From assembly GCA_951406725.2 (NCBI GenBank), contig OX597823.1:44950001-45014000 (forward strand): 64,000 nt of DNA. The letters are read 5' to 3'. The notes beneath the pieces were generated by a model. That model did no database searches. It saw only the letters and a program-made list of their open reading frames with translations, and was not told the DNA's origin. Position numbers and translations under genes: made by a program. This document shows positions 27,594 through 40,509 of the stretch, in pieces (the first letter of the stretch is position 1; each line of letters begins with the position of its first letter). This DNA comes from Octopus vulgaris (Eukaryota).

Positions 27594-28374
27594 GGCTGGA
27601 CTAATGACACTAACCATTGTGGTCATTTTCTATTCCCTACACACTGACAGTGCAAAAATCAGCCAGCTCAGTTACTGTATAGGCCATAGTATTTTTGCTA
27701 TGGTTTCTTAGAGATGGATACCCTTTCCATTATTAACCACTTTCTTCAGAAAGTGAAGCATTTTATTATGCTACATCACCTCCAATTGTTACAATGCAAA
27801 CACTTGCACACACATATAGATGGCCATATCCAAAATTTAGTTATAACTGTCTCAGTTTACTATAACATTTTTTGGATATGCATACATTACAATTTTCTAT
27901 TTGTTTTCCATCATTAATATGAAACCAAGATCCTATAAGAAATTTAAAAGCCAAGTCCTACATCAGCTGATGTTTCACATATGCAAAGTTTCCAGTGCTG
28001 ACCCAGTGCATACAGAATCCTCTCCTGTGAGCTATTATTAATCAATATTACAACAGACAGAATGAATCCAGTGGTCAGTGGAGTTCAGAGAGGCTTATCA
28101 CACAATACTTTCTTCTTACAAAGAGCTGAAGATCTTTGTAATTCTCACTGTGAGCTGCAACAGAATATAGATTCAAAGTTGGGAGTGAAAAGCTAATAGT
28201 TAACTTTTTTTTTCTTCCCAATAAAATCTACATCACCTTAGGATATCTATTGATATCCTTGAAAATGAAGAAATCCTATATAAAGAGGTAAATGATGAGT
28301 GACAATGTATGTATACAGCTGAAGTGTACAACCCTAGTACCACCTATATCAGGGGTTCCCATCCTCTTTTGCCC

Positions 28375-28540
28375 CAAATTATCTTCTGTGTGATTAAAAT
28401 TATATACTGTTTCTCTTTTCTAGCTCAACACCTCTCTTTCACAGACTGATGTTTTACAAATTCCCTTTTTCTCATGTTCTACATGAAAAATAAGTTAAGA
28501 GAAACAGTATATACTTTTAATCAAACAGAAGATAATTTTG
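28375..28540. mobile_element. Small MITE-like foldback (~42-bp arms), possibly nested in an older hAT-like element (28350-28949)
   Basis: aaattatcttctgtgtgattaaaattatatactgtttctctt pairs with aagagaaacagtatatacttttaatcaaacagaagataattt with 2 mismatches. Confidence 0.75.
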
Positions 28541-29097
28541 TACAATTGTTTATTACCCACATCATAGTATCATATCCAGAAAGTGCCTCTTTTTAGATGT
28601 CTGCATGGATTAGGGCTGCCTATGTTAAACTTTAACAAAATTATTTACAATAAGGACTTATATAACAAAATAATATTGGACTGAGAGGAATCATCGGTTG
28701 TTTTTCTTCTCAGTGGTAATACAATTACAATGTCTTATTCATATTCATTTCTGACAAGGATTTCATTTATTTTAAATGTGTTCAAAACATTGCACCTGGC
28801 TTAAACATATTTCTAGGAAAAATCACAACATAGCTAAACATTCAGTATCTCCACACTGTCTTCTTGACACTTGCTGCACTAGGTCCTACCCTTGTAACTC
28901 ACAACACCCCGAGGAGATGGGTGCTATAGCCAAAATTTAAGAACTACTAATCTAGGGCATGACTGAGCTTGGGAAAGCATTGACCTCTCTGAGATGACTG
29001 GCCCTTTTCTTTAATTTATAGAGTCAAGACTATTTAGTTATGATTGTTTCTGTAACAACCATACATATTGGCATGTGAGGCAGCATGTTTTGTTTGA

Positions 29098-29320
29098 CTT
29101 TAACATTTAATCTGACTATATTCAGCTCAAATATTCTATCTGTTTTGTATTAAAAACTGTCCAGATCTACCCTCTCGTACGTACTCTACAATGTCATTCT
29201 ATAAATATACAAACACACCATTGAAATTTTGAAGCTACAAAATAATGCAGGATTAATTCAAAATAATGTGAATAAATAAGCAATACATTTGACAATAAAA
29301 TCTGAATGCTAAAGGGTTAA
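29098..29320 (-). mobile_element. piggyBac-like MITE copy, one end eroded
   Basis: Ends tctgaatgctaaaggg-TTAA; reverse complement of 30030-30249. Confidence 0.8.
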
Positions 29321-30025
29321 CAATCAGTCCAGGACAGGAGTCAATAATACTCTTCCCATAAATATTTGTAGGCTCCATCCAATCATTACAAAGAAATTAT
29401 GCATATTGAAGTTAACTGATTTTATTAATGTTTATTGTAGTAAACTGATTTTATTACTAGGTGTAGGCATGGCAGTGTAATTAGGAAGTCCACTCTGAAA
29501 TCATGTAGTTTCAGGTTCAAACCTGTTGCATGTTACCTTAGACAAGTGTCTTTTGCTATAGCCCAAGGCATCCAATACTTTGTAAGTTGAATAGGTAGAG
29601 GGATATAGTATGGAAGTCTGTTGGGTGTGTATGTATGTGTATATGTGGATATGTACATGAATATTGACTTTGCTTGACCATGGCTTTGCATGTCAACAAA
29701 GAATGGAAACATCATATTGCCACTTTGCTCAAATGCTTACAAGTGAAGTGGTAATATGATGTTGGCATTTTTTTTTTCATTGACATTATGACCAGTGAAA
29801 TAAAAAAAAAACTTACATAAAAAACTCCCAAGGAACTACAAAATACTGCCTCAAATAAATCCTCATCCAACCAATGCTAGTATTGGAAAATAGTTGTTAA
29901 ACTAATAACAGTAGTCTTTGGTATATCAGTGGACTCTCAGCAAATTGTATTCGAATAATTTTTAAGAGAAAGGAACTACACTACTGACTCTTATAGCAAA
30001 AGCCCTTATGGAAATCACAAACACA

Positions 30026-30253
30026 TTAACCCTTTAGCATTCAGATTATTCTGTTAAATGTAATGCTTCTTTATTCACATTGTTTTGAATTAATCCTGCA
30101 TTATCTCATGGCTTTGAGATTTTGATGATGTGATTGCTTATTTTTAGAATGACATTGTAGGGTAGTTGTGAAAGATCAGATCTGGCTGATTTGAACATCA
30201 GAAATGTAGTATATTTGAGCTGGATATGGCAAGTTTAAATGCTAAAGGGTTAA
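30026..30253 (+). mobile_element. piggyBac-like MITE (220 bp) with TTAA target duplication
   Basis: TTAA-ccctttagcatt ... aatgctaaaggg-TTAA. Confidence 0.9.
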
Positions 30254-31135
30254 ACTTCCCATATCTTCACATATGTAAAATTAATGGGTATATAATGCAC
30301 ACCTTTTACATGAATGTTATTGAGAAAACCATAAAGGTTATAACTTTGACAGCATTAAGTAAGATGTTCATTATAATAATATGGATGGTAATTCATAGAG
30401 AAAGCACATGCAATGCATCTTTCAACATGATACTTACATATGACCTTAGAACAAGCAGAACAAAGAAGACTTCTTTGTTTTGAAGTAAGGATGAGGATAT
30501 TGTGGTTCATTGGACACCATTAAAGAGAGAAGAGTATAAAAAAAAACACATACACACACTTTAGATATATAGTATATAATTACAATTCTAATTTAATATA
30601 TACACATAGAGTACGTTATAACTAAGTATCTCCTTCACAACAAATTTAGCCCTTAAAACCAAGCATAAAGCTGCCTTTTCTTCCCACCATACTCATTCAA
30701 ATGAGAGTGGTGGGTGTTAGTTTCGTAAGGTATATGGTGACTTCATTAAACTTACTATTATGAAAAAAGAATCCTGTACACTCTGTAAAGTAGCTGATGT
30801 AAAGGGGGGCATCAAGTTGTAGAAATAATGCCAAAACAGTCTTCTATCACATTGAACCATCCAACCTATCCCAGTATGGAATATAGGTGTTAAAGATATG
30901 ATGTGTGTGTGTGAAGAGAGAGAGGGGGAGAAAGAGAGAGAGAGAGAAGAGAGGGAAAGAGAGAGAGAGAGAAAGAGAGAGAAGATAAAGTGGATTAAAA
31001 TCCAAGCTATATCATCAGGAAGCATTTCTGCGAATACCAGCTATCCATAGAAGGTTATTTTTCAGAACAAAACTTTTCGTACTATCCGAAATTCCAGATC
31101 AGGAAGATTATTCGCAGAGTACAAATACATTGAGT

Positions 31136-31494
31136 CAAAGACTTGAATTTATGGTATTATCTTTAATTCTGTAGTTACAATTGTTTTAATACACCATGGG
31201 AGATTTATTTCATGGAGATAAATATTAATATAAAACATGAATATATTAGTCCCCTTGGTGAAATATAAAAATATAAATATGATGATATTTCAAGTGTTCA
31301 ATGTATTGTTTTTGAGACTTAGTGTAAAGAAATGCACATAAGTACTTAGAAAAAATATATAATTATAATATAATGAATTCATTACATTCATATTAGTATT
31401 GGCATTTATTTTTATGAAATGGATTTCCAATGTTGTATCAGATCAATCTAATGTAACTACAGAATTAAAAATAACGTCATAAATTCCAGTTTTG
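31136..31494. repeat. ~45-bp inverted repeat with ~270-bp AT-rich spacer
   Basis: gaatttatggtattatctttaattctgtagttaca (31145-31179) pairs with tgtaactacagaattaaaaataacgtcataaattc (31452-31486). Confidence 0.8.
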
Positions 31495-31496
31495 AT

Positions 31497-31528
<32 letters not shown>

Positions 31529-31531
31529 GAT

Positions 31532-31580
<49 letters not shown>

Positions 31581-31589
31581 TATAGATAG

Positions 31590-31629
<40 letters not shown>

Positions 31630-33627
31630 TCATGCAAAATCTAAATGTAGCTGAAGGAAAGTTTAAAATAAAATCTTAAAAGCCTGATTAACTTCAAAAT
31701 CTCAACTTACAATTGGGATTCAGAGCATCATAAGATACCTGGAAGGGAATGGAACAGCTTTCATTAAGAAACAATAATGATAATTCCAGACAGGTATGAT
31801 TTCTGCAACTGGAATTTTAGCTTGAAAAGATAATGGGTAAGGGGAATGAAATAACATGAATTAAGTTAAGATAAATGAGAAGTGAAGAGAAGAAAGAGAC
31901 AAGGCGAGAGAAAGTGAGTGGGGATGAAGGCACATTGAGAGTCAGAGAAAAAGGAGGAGAATAAGAGAAGAGAGGTGAGATAAAGAGGAGATATAAAGAT
32001 GGAGTTAGTGAGAAGAGAAAGGGAGAAGAGGGAGGAAGAAAGTGAGAGTAGGAATTAATTTTTACTCTCTCTCTTACAGTGAGAAGAAGGAGCAAGGCAG
32101 AGGGATTGAGGCAGAGGGAGAAACAGCAAGTGTGACAGGAAGAGAAGGAGTCAGATCAAGAGAGAGAGAGTGCAACAAAGGGAAAATGAGAGAGGAGTCA
32201 AAGGAAAGCAAGAAGGGGTATGGAACTGACTGAGTAAGAGAGGAGGGAAATATGATAGAGAGACAATGTAAGAGTGACAGAAAGAGTATGGAAAAAGGGG
32301 TGCAGAATAAGTGGAAGAATGGCCTTGTGGAGTTGGTGGTAGTAATTGAGATTTCAGAGTTGTTTAGGACTAGATCAGTCCTTGTCATGCAGATCTATGA
32401 TTAAAGGTGTCCTAATCAGGACTATCTCATTTTTTATCCAGACATAGCATGTCTAGGTACATTATCCAATGTGTTCCTCTATGTGAGTGACCATTTAAAA
32501 GCTCTCTCATTTGAGATTTTGTAGCTGCACTGTAGGTGGCTGATACTAAAGGTCCTTCCTTTGTAGACATCATGATGATGAAGATGATACATAGGTGAAA
32601 GAACGGTATAACAGATTAGATAGCTAGATTATAGCTCTGAATTCAGATCATGCCAAGGAATATTTGAAATGGTTAAATCCTGTATACATGCCTCTGTATT
32701 AAAGGTGCTTCAAAGAAATTCATAGTGGGAAAAACACACAAGAAAACCAGGAGCAAAATAGATAAAAACTAGAATAGTAAAAAGAAAAGAAACAAAGAAA
32801 ATAGGGTAAAAATAAACAAAGATGAATAAAGACCATAGGAGAGACAAAATAAAAACAGTGAACAAAATACAAAAATATGATAGTATCTATGTAATATTTC
32901 ATATTTGGGCATCTTTCCATAAGACACTTTTTTTTTCCATTTTAAGATGGAAATTACAACTTCAGAGAAAAGGGGGAAAAAAAAAAAAGAAACAAAAAAG
33001 CCAACTTTATAATAACTATCAATGCAACCTTCACCGCCATTAATATCCTGCAAAATGTCAATGGAAGGTCATGGATGATGACTCTTTACCTTAACTAAAA
33101 GAAAAGTGTATGTGGGGGGGGGGACAAGAAAAAATCACTAGCTCACATATATACAGAAATCCGTATTAAGCACATTTCTCCTGTGGCTTTTGCATATATG
33201 AAAATTTTGTCTCCTTATTTATTGAAGGAGAGAGAATAAGTAATAAGAAAGAAGAGATGATGGCTGCTGATCATAAGGGATCATGTCTACTACCATGGAC
33301 TTTTCAAGTTATTTCCATCAGATGAATAATTATTGAACACTCTTTACTTTTCTCTTTCATTTTCTTTTTAATGGGCGGATAGGGTGTTCAAAAGTTGAAT
33401 AGAGATCAAGAAGCATGACTGTGCGCATGCACGTGCATGCATGTGTGTGTTAGAAAGAAATATAGGTAGGTGTTTTTCTTTCACACATACGAACATCATG
33501 CTGCCTTCCTATCTTGCTGAAATATAAAATACAGTTTGTTTATGCATACAATGATAATGACATCAAAACCAATAGTTGACCAAGAAGTGGCACCACAGAA
33601 GAAATCCCAGCCATTTGCAATTGTAAG

Positions 33628-33667
<40 letters not shown>

Positions 33668-36600
33668 TACATACACACTTACATATATATATATATACAC
33701 ACACACACACATATATATATATTATAAGGCAGGAATTCCGTATCTAAAATATCTTAAACACAAGTGGAAAGAAAAGAAAATATGCAATGGAAGTAAATGG
33801 AAAATATATTGTAAAAAATAAATTATTCCCATTCTATGAGCATAAAAATGAGGCTATTTATTAAAATCAGCTTTGCACAGAGAAAAAGAAAAAAGCAGGG
33901 TTGTGATTTGTAGCAGGAAAATTGGTTACCTGCCCTTTTTTTTCTCCTTTCTTTTTCAGTATAAAAACTATCAAAGTGAGCTAATTTGAAATTGTCTTTC
34001 TGAAATTCATATGGAAATAGAAGACATACACTGTGGGAGAAAACATGTTTGCTTGATTGTTTGTTTGTTTGCATGTGTGTACATATGTAATTATTTAGTT
34101 TTATTTCAAGATTTCTTGCCAAAAGAGAAAGAGCCAGTTTCAAAGCAAGATTCAAGGCACCTTCATTGGAATTTCAACAACATTAACAGGGTATTCTTAA
34201 GTGTGTATGTGTGAAATATTTGGAGTGTATGCATGTGTAGATTTGTAAGTTTTGTTTTATGTATGTTTTCTCAGGCATATAGTTGTATGTTAAGACATGT
34301 GCATATACACTCAAATGCTAAACTTCTGGAAAGTTTTACAAATATTTACAGTTCCATTGATGGGTTGAATCTGTAACCTTTGAGCTAGCTTTCTCCTTTC
34401 TGGTATATAAAATCAGAAAATTACAGTCAAATAACTTAACACTTTGAACCCTGACCTCCTTTGCACTGACATCAAATATCAGAAAAGTAATTGGGAAATC
34501 CTAAAATTCAAAAGCTTCAAGAATTAAAAAAGCTATGCAAAGACTTCAAATCTGGAAATTTCATCAGAATAATAATTATAAAACTAAATAAGAACCTAAT
34601 AAATTAATACCATGCTGACCCACTACCCTACTATTCATCTTTTGAAACTGCCATAAAAACAGATCTGCAATAACATAAAACCACACATTTCTCCTTACAG
34701 CCCACAACATTGATTTTAGAATACAACATCAACCATCACACTATAGACATGAATCATATAAAGACTATAATACATCAATTTAACTACTATGAACATTACT
34801 AAAACTTGTGACTATCCTCCTACAACTTACAAACAAAATCTAATCAACTTTAATAAACAAAATATTAAATACCAACAATACAAAATGCTAGCCGTTAAGC
34901 TATTACAAGTTTGTCAAACCTACATTGAGTAAAATGAAAATTCATTTAGAAGTTGCGATGTCCCAAAATAAGTATCTATTCTCATTTCCACTATCGCATT
35001 TATCATAAACTAAACATACAGAAAACAAATAACTCTCTTACAGTATCTGTAGAAGATATTAGCTAAAATGATGAAAAATAATGCATACTAACAAGACAAC
35101 AACAAAGAATCCATGATAAATCAAAAACGTTTTTGTGCACATCTTGTTTATTGTTTTGACCACAATAAACTATGAAATAGTTTTTTAAAATAAGCACACT
35201 TCACATCATTGCAGGTTGCTCAATAAAATTTTTAAATGCTCAAAATGAAATGCCTAGATATATGAAGGGAACAACAAGGTCTAAGGGCACACTCCTTCTC
35301 ACTACTTGTGCAAAACCTCCAAACATACACATACAATTAAAACACTCTAGAATACAATTACATTACTATCCTATGAGTGAACAATGTAGTCCTCTATCAA
35401 TAAGGTATATCTGAATTACTGGATTTATGGATCACACCTAGTTGCTCAATTATCTATAAACTATAGGCCAGTTCAACAGCAGCTGATCAGTGCTAAGCAA
35501 GAGTATATCTCTCCCAAGAACAATGTCCAGTAGTACAAATATGGCTACAACCAAAATTTCCAATTTATATACATTCATGAAAAAAGAATTCAAAAACCTT
35601 TTACCTTTTACTGCAGCAATGAATATCTCACTCATAGAACTAATTTCCGTCTACCTATTGTCATAACAAACTAAATATAACAATATTCTATAAAAACAAT
35701 ATTCCATAATATTATATAAAGCATTAATATCCTGTTACAGTAACATACATTTCCCTTTTCTTCTTTTTTTTTTTTTTTTGTAATATTTCACATCTACCAA
35801 GCTAGGCTTTTATTATTCATTTCTATTTATGATGACACAAAGGCGTTTGGTTGTTGTGACTAGTACTGTAACAAAATTGTAAAAGAGAAATGACCAAAAT
35901 TTTGTCACTTTTAGAAATTATTCAGAAGAACCAGTGTACATATAGACAAAAGAATATCTAAACTTACAGATTGTGTTTGATATCAGTAACTTACACATCA
36001 AGGATGAAATGACAACAAACTTAGATTTGAAATTATGATGACAACCATGATTTCTTGTGTATTTAACTCTAAAATTAAGTACAGCAATAAATTTTCAACA
36101 GTTTCTAACCATGCTGAAACAAGAAATATTCAGTGACCAAATTGATAGGAAACTAGCTTGAAATTTAAGCTGGCCTCTTACCAACTGGTTTCAGACATAC
36201 AGCAGCAGCAAATATATGGATAGCAGCATCTGTCTTGTTAAGCTGCTATCAATGAATGTGTTAAGGGTCAGCAAGTACCATAATACTATTTGAGATGGAG
36301 GATAAAGCAAGATATGGAAGAAATAGAAGCTATTGATTAACTGAATAATATATTAATTTAAATACCTTCAATATAGCTGTCAAGACCAGCACAAGTTCAG
36401 TCAGTTGAAAATTGGGCCTTCAGTCAATGAATCAGCTACTTATAGAGATATATACTTCAGGTGACAAGCAACACAAATAATAAAGGCCAATATTTTAGTA
36501 TATAATTCAGGGAATTCATACAGAGAAGCAAACTTTGTTTGCATCAGAGAATGTTAATATCATGGAACAATAACTAACAACAAGCAATGAAACAATCCAT

Positions 36601-37967
36601 TCAGCCATGGTGTTAACCCTTGACTCTTAAGCAGTTAATTCATTTTTTTTTCCCGTTTTCTATCCATCTTTCATTGGTCATTACATGGAAAGGATTACAC
36701 ATTTTTCTGTAAACATGTATAACTTGTGTGCAGAGCCCCAATGGTCAGAATACCAACCAAAGAACCCATAGATCACATTTTGCCATAGCATTGCACAGTA
36801 TTTGGGTTTTAATCATTTAAGCAGAAAACAGACACCTTAACTTTGTACAACTCACTGCTCTTATAATAGATTACTGTATACCAAGCGTTGTATTAGCTGA
36901 CAGTGCTGAGATCAAATGCTTCCAAAATATCAAAGATACATGAGATCTGCCAGACTGACTTTTCCAAGATACACTGTATATTGACAGTCTTCACGTGGTG
37001 GTCCTAAAATCCAATAGGTTATAATTTAATCACTAATGTATTTTGTTTAAACATGTGTAATTACAGTTGCATGTCAGCTTTACTTCTTGTTCAACTATGA
37101 AGTGTTAATACTTATTTGAACCGTCTATAAAGGCACGCAATATATACTTAATGTAGGCTGTGATTCTGTAACTTTTTATTATGGTTAGCCACTTACTTAT
37201 TTAGGACTATTTTTTACTTCCAAGAGGTAACCATAGTAATAATGTATCTTGCCCAAAAGCGATGTTTGAATTCAGTATCACAATGAAATGGTTAGTAAAA
37301 ATGATGTCTTAAAGTTGTTACATCCATCCTTTTAATGCAATCTTTGATTGATACTATCATGTCCAAGATAGTAGAAAATAAACTCTTCCAAAATCAAAAG
37401 AAAACAACACAGAAAAGATGTAGAGGGGAAACTGTTTTTAAGAGGAAATTTTTTTAGGAATTTTTCCCCCTTTATCCAGTATACATTTATATTTTACAGC
37501 ATGAAAAAGCTCCATAGATTCCATTGAAAGTGTACAAAATGACAAAGTAAAAACATAAATAGATAAAAATAGAGAAGAACTCAGAAATAAGCAGAGTATG
37601 AAAAGAGAGAATAATAAGAAAAATACTTTTATCACCTTTCTGATTCGATACAGTGTTTCCGTAGCTACTTTAGGAATGTTGGAGAGAAGAAAGAGTCCAA
37701 AGCCAATGTGCTTTATGGGAGGTGTAGGAGAGATGTTGAAATGTTTTATAAGAATTACACATCAGATATCATAGTAATTGAATTTTGTGTCATGTGACAG
37801 CTTCACAGATAGAGTATTTATTACAATTCTTATAATAATAACAATGTTTATCCAAGAAAAGAAAAGTTGTGAGACAAAACTTTTGCCACAAGTATTAGTA
37901 ACATAAATTAAAACATTTCTCAAATACAGTCCTCCAACTCACCCTTACCACCAAAAAAAAACAAAGA

Positions 37968-38088
37968 TAGGCATAGCTTTGTGGTTGCTTCCCAACTGCA
38001 CTTTGAGCTAGTGTCTGCTGCTATAGCCTCGGGTGAACAAAAGCCTTGTGGGTAGATTTAGTTGACAGTCACTGGAAGAAGCCTGTCA
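37968..38088 (+). mobile_element. SINE family S2, 5' half (split by the Penelope-like insertion)
   Basis: ctatagcctcgggtgaacaaaagccttgtgggtagatttagttgacagtcactggaagaagcctgtc, then the TA tract, as in the intact copy at 45156. Confidence 0.75.
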
Positions 38089-38098
38089 TATATATATC

Positions 38099-38140
<42 letters not shown>

Positions 38141-38184
38141 CATATATATACATATATATATATACATACATATCATATATATAC

Positions 38185-38217
<33 letters not shown>

Positions 38218-38325
38218 CATATCATATATATACATATATATATATATATATACATATCATATATATACATATATATATATATACATATCATATATATATA
38301 TATATATATTATTAAAATTCTTTTA

Positions 38326-38408
38326 CTTTCAACATATGTTTCGAAGACAACATTGGTTTTATTCCAAAGGAATAAATGGTGTAAAATGCAATCTTCTCAT
38401 CAGGAAAG
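38326..38408 (-). ncRNA. Minimal type I hammerhead ribozyme (inverted pLTR copy)
   Basis: Minus strand: CUUUC-CUGAUGA-GAAGA...UCUUC-GAAA-CAUAUG-UU-GAAAG. Confidence 0.75.
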
Positions 38409-38411
38409 AAA

Positions 38412-39985
38412 GAAGTTGTAGATTGGTTTACTTCTATTACTAATAAGGGTAACACTAAATTTATTCAGTTTGATATATCTAGCTTCTATTCATCAATCAA
38501 CCCTATTATACTCAATAAGACATTCTGGCATGCACACAATAAAGCAGGTCTCACTAGAGAAGAAATTAATGTGGTACTGGCTGCTAGAAAATCATTCCTT
38601 AAGTTCGATAACAAGTTGTGGGTCCGGAAGGATACTCCCAATGCGTTCAATGTCCTAACGGGAAGTTCAGACTCCGCTCAAATTTCTGATTTGGTCGGAA
38701 TATATATACTTTATGAAATGGCTGACCAGTTCCCAGACATCTGTAGAGGTCTATATCGTGATGATTGTCTGCTTTACCTCCAAAACATTTCAAATCAAAA
38801 AATACAGAAGATTAAGAATAGATTAGTTAGGTTTTTTCGTAGAATGGGCTTTCACATCGTTTTTGAAAATGAGTTAACTAAAGCTAACTTCTTAGATATT
38901 ACTCTTAATTTACAAAATAACTCGTACTTTCCATACCACAAACCTTCCACAAATCTCAAGTATATTAGTCCTTCCAGTAATCACGCTAGGGCAATTAATA
39001 ATAATTTAGTTAAAAACATTTCACTTAGATTATCTAAATTATCCGCCAATGTTGACATTTTCAACAAGGCAGAATTTTATAACTCTGCCTTGGTTAAAGC
39101 TGGCTATAAAGAGAAAGTGACATACATTGATTCTGCTCAATCTCGTCCTTCATCTACTGTTCAAGACAAAAAATCTAGTTGTAATAATAAGAGTGATTTT
39201 AATTCTAATATTGTAAACAACACAAAACATAATAAAATTCCTTTACGTAGTGAGGGAGGCAAGCGTTATTTAAGCTCATTTTTTCACTCTAGAGGTATTT
39301 CACCGTTCTTTGAAGATAATACCACTTACAATTTGAATGTTACTAAGAAAACTATCTGGTTTGTAATTCCGTTTGGAAAATGAATTAAATCTAATCTTCC
39401 TTTGCAATTCCGTGAAGTGGTTGGTAAAAACTTTCCAAAAAATTCTAGATATTATTCGATTATTAACTCTCATATAGTTAGTTGCTTTCTCCAACACAAA
39501 GAATCTTTCACTAATTATATCTTCTCACAATATCAGTCTGCTAAATAAAAGTTCATTTTCTGGGAGTTCCAACATTAATCTTGTTAATTCCAACCCCTCA
39601 CATAATAATAATAATAGTATTAATATTAATAATAACAGTATTAATAATAATAATAATAATATTAATAGTGTTAAAAATAATAATAATAATAATGATAGCA
39701 ATAAAAACATGGTTTTGGTCTCTGAGGACAACCCCAACAGAATTAAATTTATGTCTAATAATTCTAAGATCAAGAATTCTATATACCAGAGTAAAATTTC
39801 TTGCGGTACCGATGTCTACATCTACATAGGCGCATCCTCTTCCCAATTATCTAAGAGAATTTCCAATCATTATTCATCATTTAGGGATACCAGTAAATGC
39901 CATAGTACAGGGCTAAGTAAATTGGTTTGGCATCTTAAAGACAACAATAAAGATTTTAAGTTAGATTGGTTCATCCTGTCTATAT
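38412..39985 (+). pseudogene. PLE reverse transcriptase / GIY-YIG endonuclease pseudogene
   Basis: [29 protein letters not shown] (motif A), GSSDSAQISDLVG (B), GLYRDD (C), NFLDITL, SSNH, IWF. TGA at 39381 and a frameshift near 39480, then SIYQSK...YIGASSSQLSKRISNHYSSF...LSKLVWHLKD. Endonuclease C-terminus is missing. Confidence 0.9.
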
Positions 39986-40169
39986 CTTTATTTGTATCCC
40001 TCTTTATTTGTTCTCTACTTATTATTTCTTTAACCCTACTCTTTCTAGTATCTGCCTTTGACGTCGAATCTACTAACGTTTTTTTTTAAATACTTAATAA
40101 CGTTCTGTTTATCATTTAGGCAGTCATCGTAATTATTATAATGTCTTGTTGTTGAGATAGGCTCTCTTT

Positions 40170-40252
40170 CTTTCCTGAAGAAAAGATTGCATTTTACACC
40201 GTTTATTCCTTTGGAATAAAACCAATGTTGTCTTCGAAACATATGTCGAAAG
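40170..40252 (+). ncRNA. Minimal type I hammerhead ribozyme in the PLE 3' pLTR
   Basis: CUUUC-CUGAAGA-aAAGA...UCUUC-GAAA-CAUAUG-UC-GAAAG; stem I CUUUC/GAAAG, palindromic stem III ACAUAUGU, GUC triplet ending at 40247. Confidence 0.8.
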
Positions 40253-40446
40253 TAAAAGAATTTTAATAACATCTGCGTTCAACTCCATTTATTTACTTAT
40301 ACTACACAAATTACTGCACATTAACCCGGAGTTTCTACCTTTGAATAGGTTGCTTCATCCGTGTTACTTGTGTGAATTTTGCTATCCAGGTAACTGTTTA
40401 TTGAATTTTCCATGTTAACAGTAAATAAAGGATAATTCATTCATCC

Positions 40447-40494
<48 letters not shown>

Positions 40495-40509
40495 GTATAT
40501 AATATACAT

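Larger units (their letters stand above)
38309..40450 (+). mobile_element. 5'-truncated Penelope-like retroelement (Naiad-like) with an inverted pLTR fragment, inserted in (TA)n
   Basis: RT plus GIY-YIG coding remnants, inverted 105-bp repeats at 38309-38413 and 40165-40269, hammerhead motifs, (TA)n on both sides. Confidence 0.9.

Noticed and set aside
39525-39846. Leu/Ile-rich ORFs overlapping the PLE
   Set aside because: Alternative frames of the (AAT)n tract.
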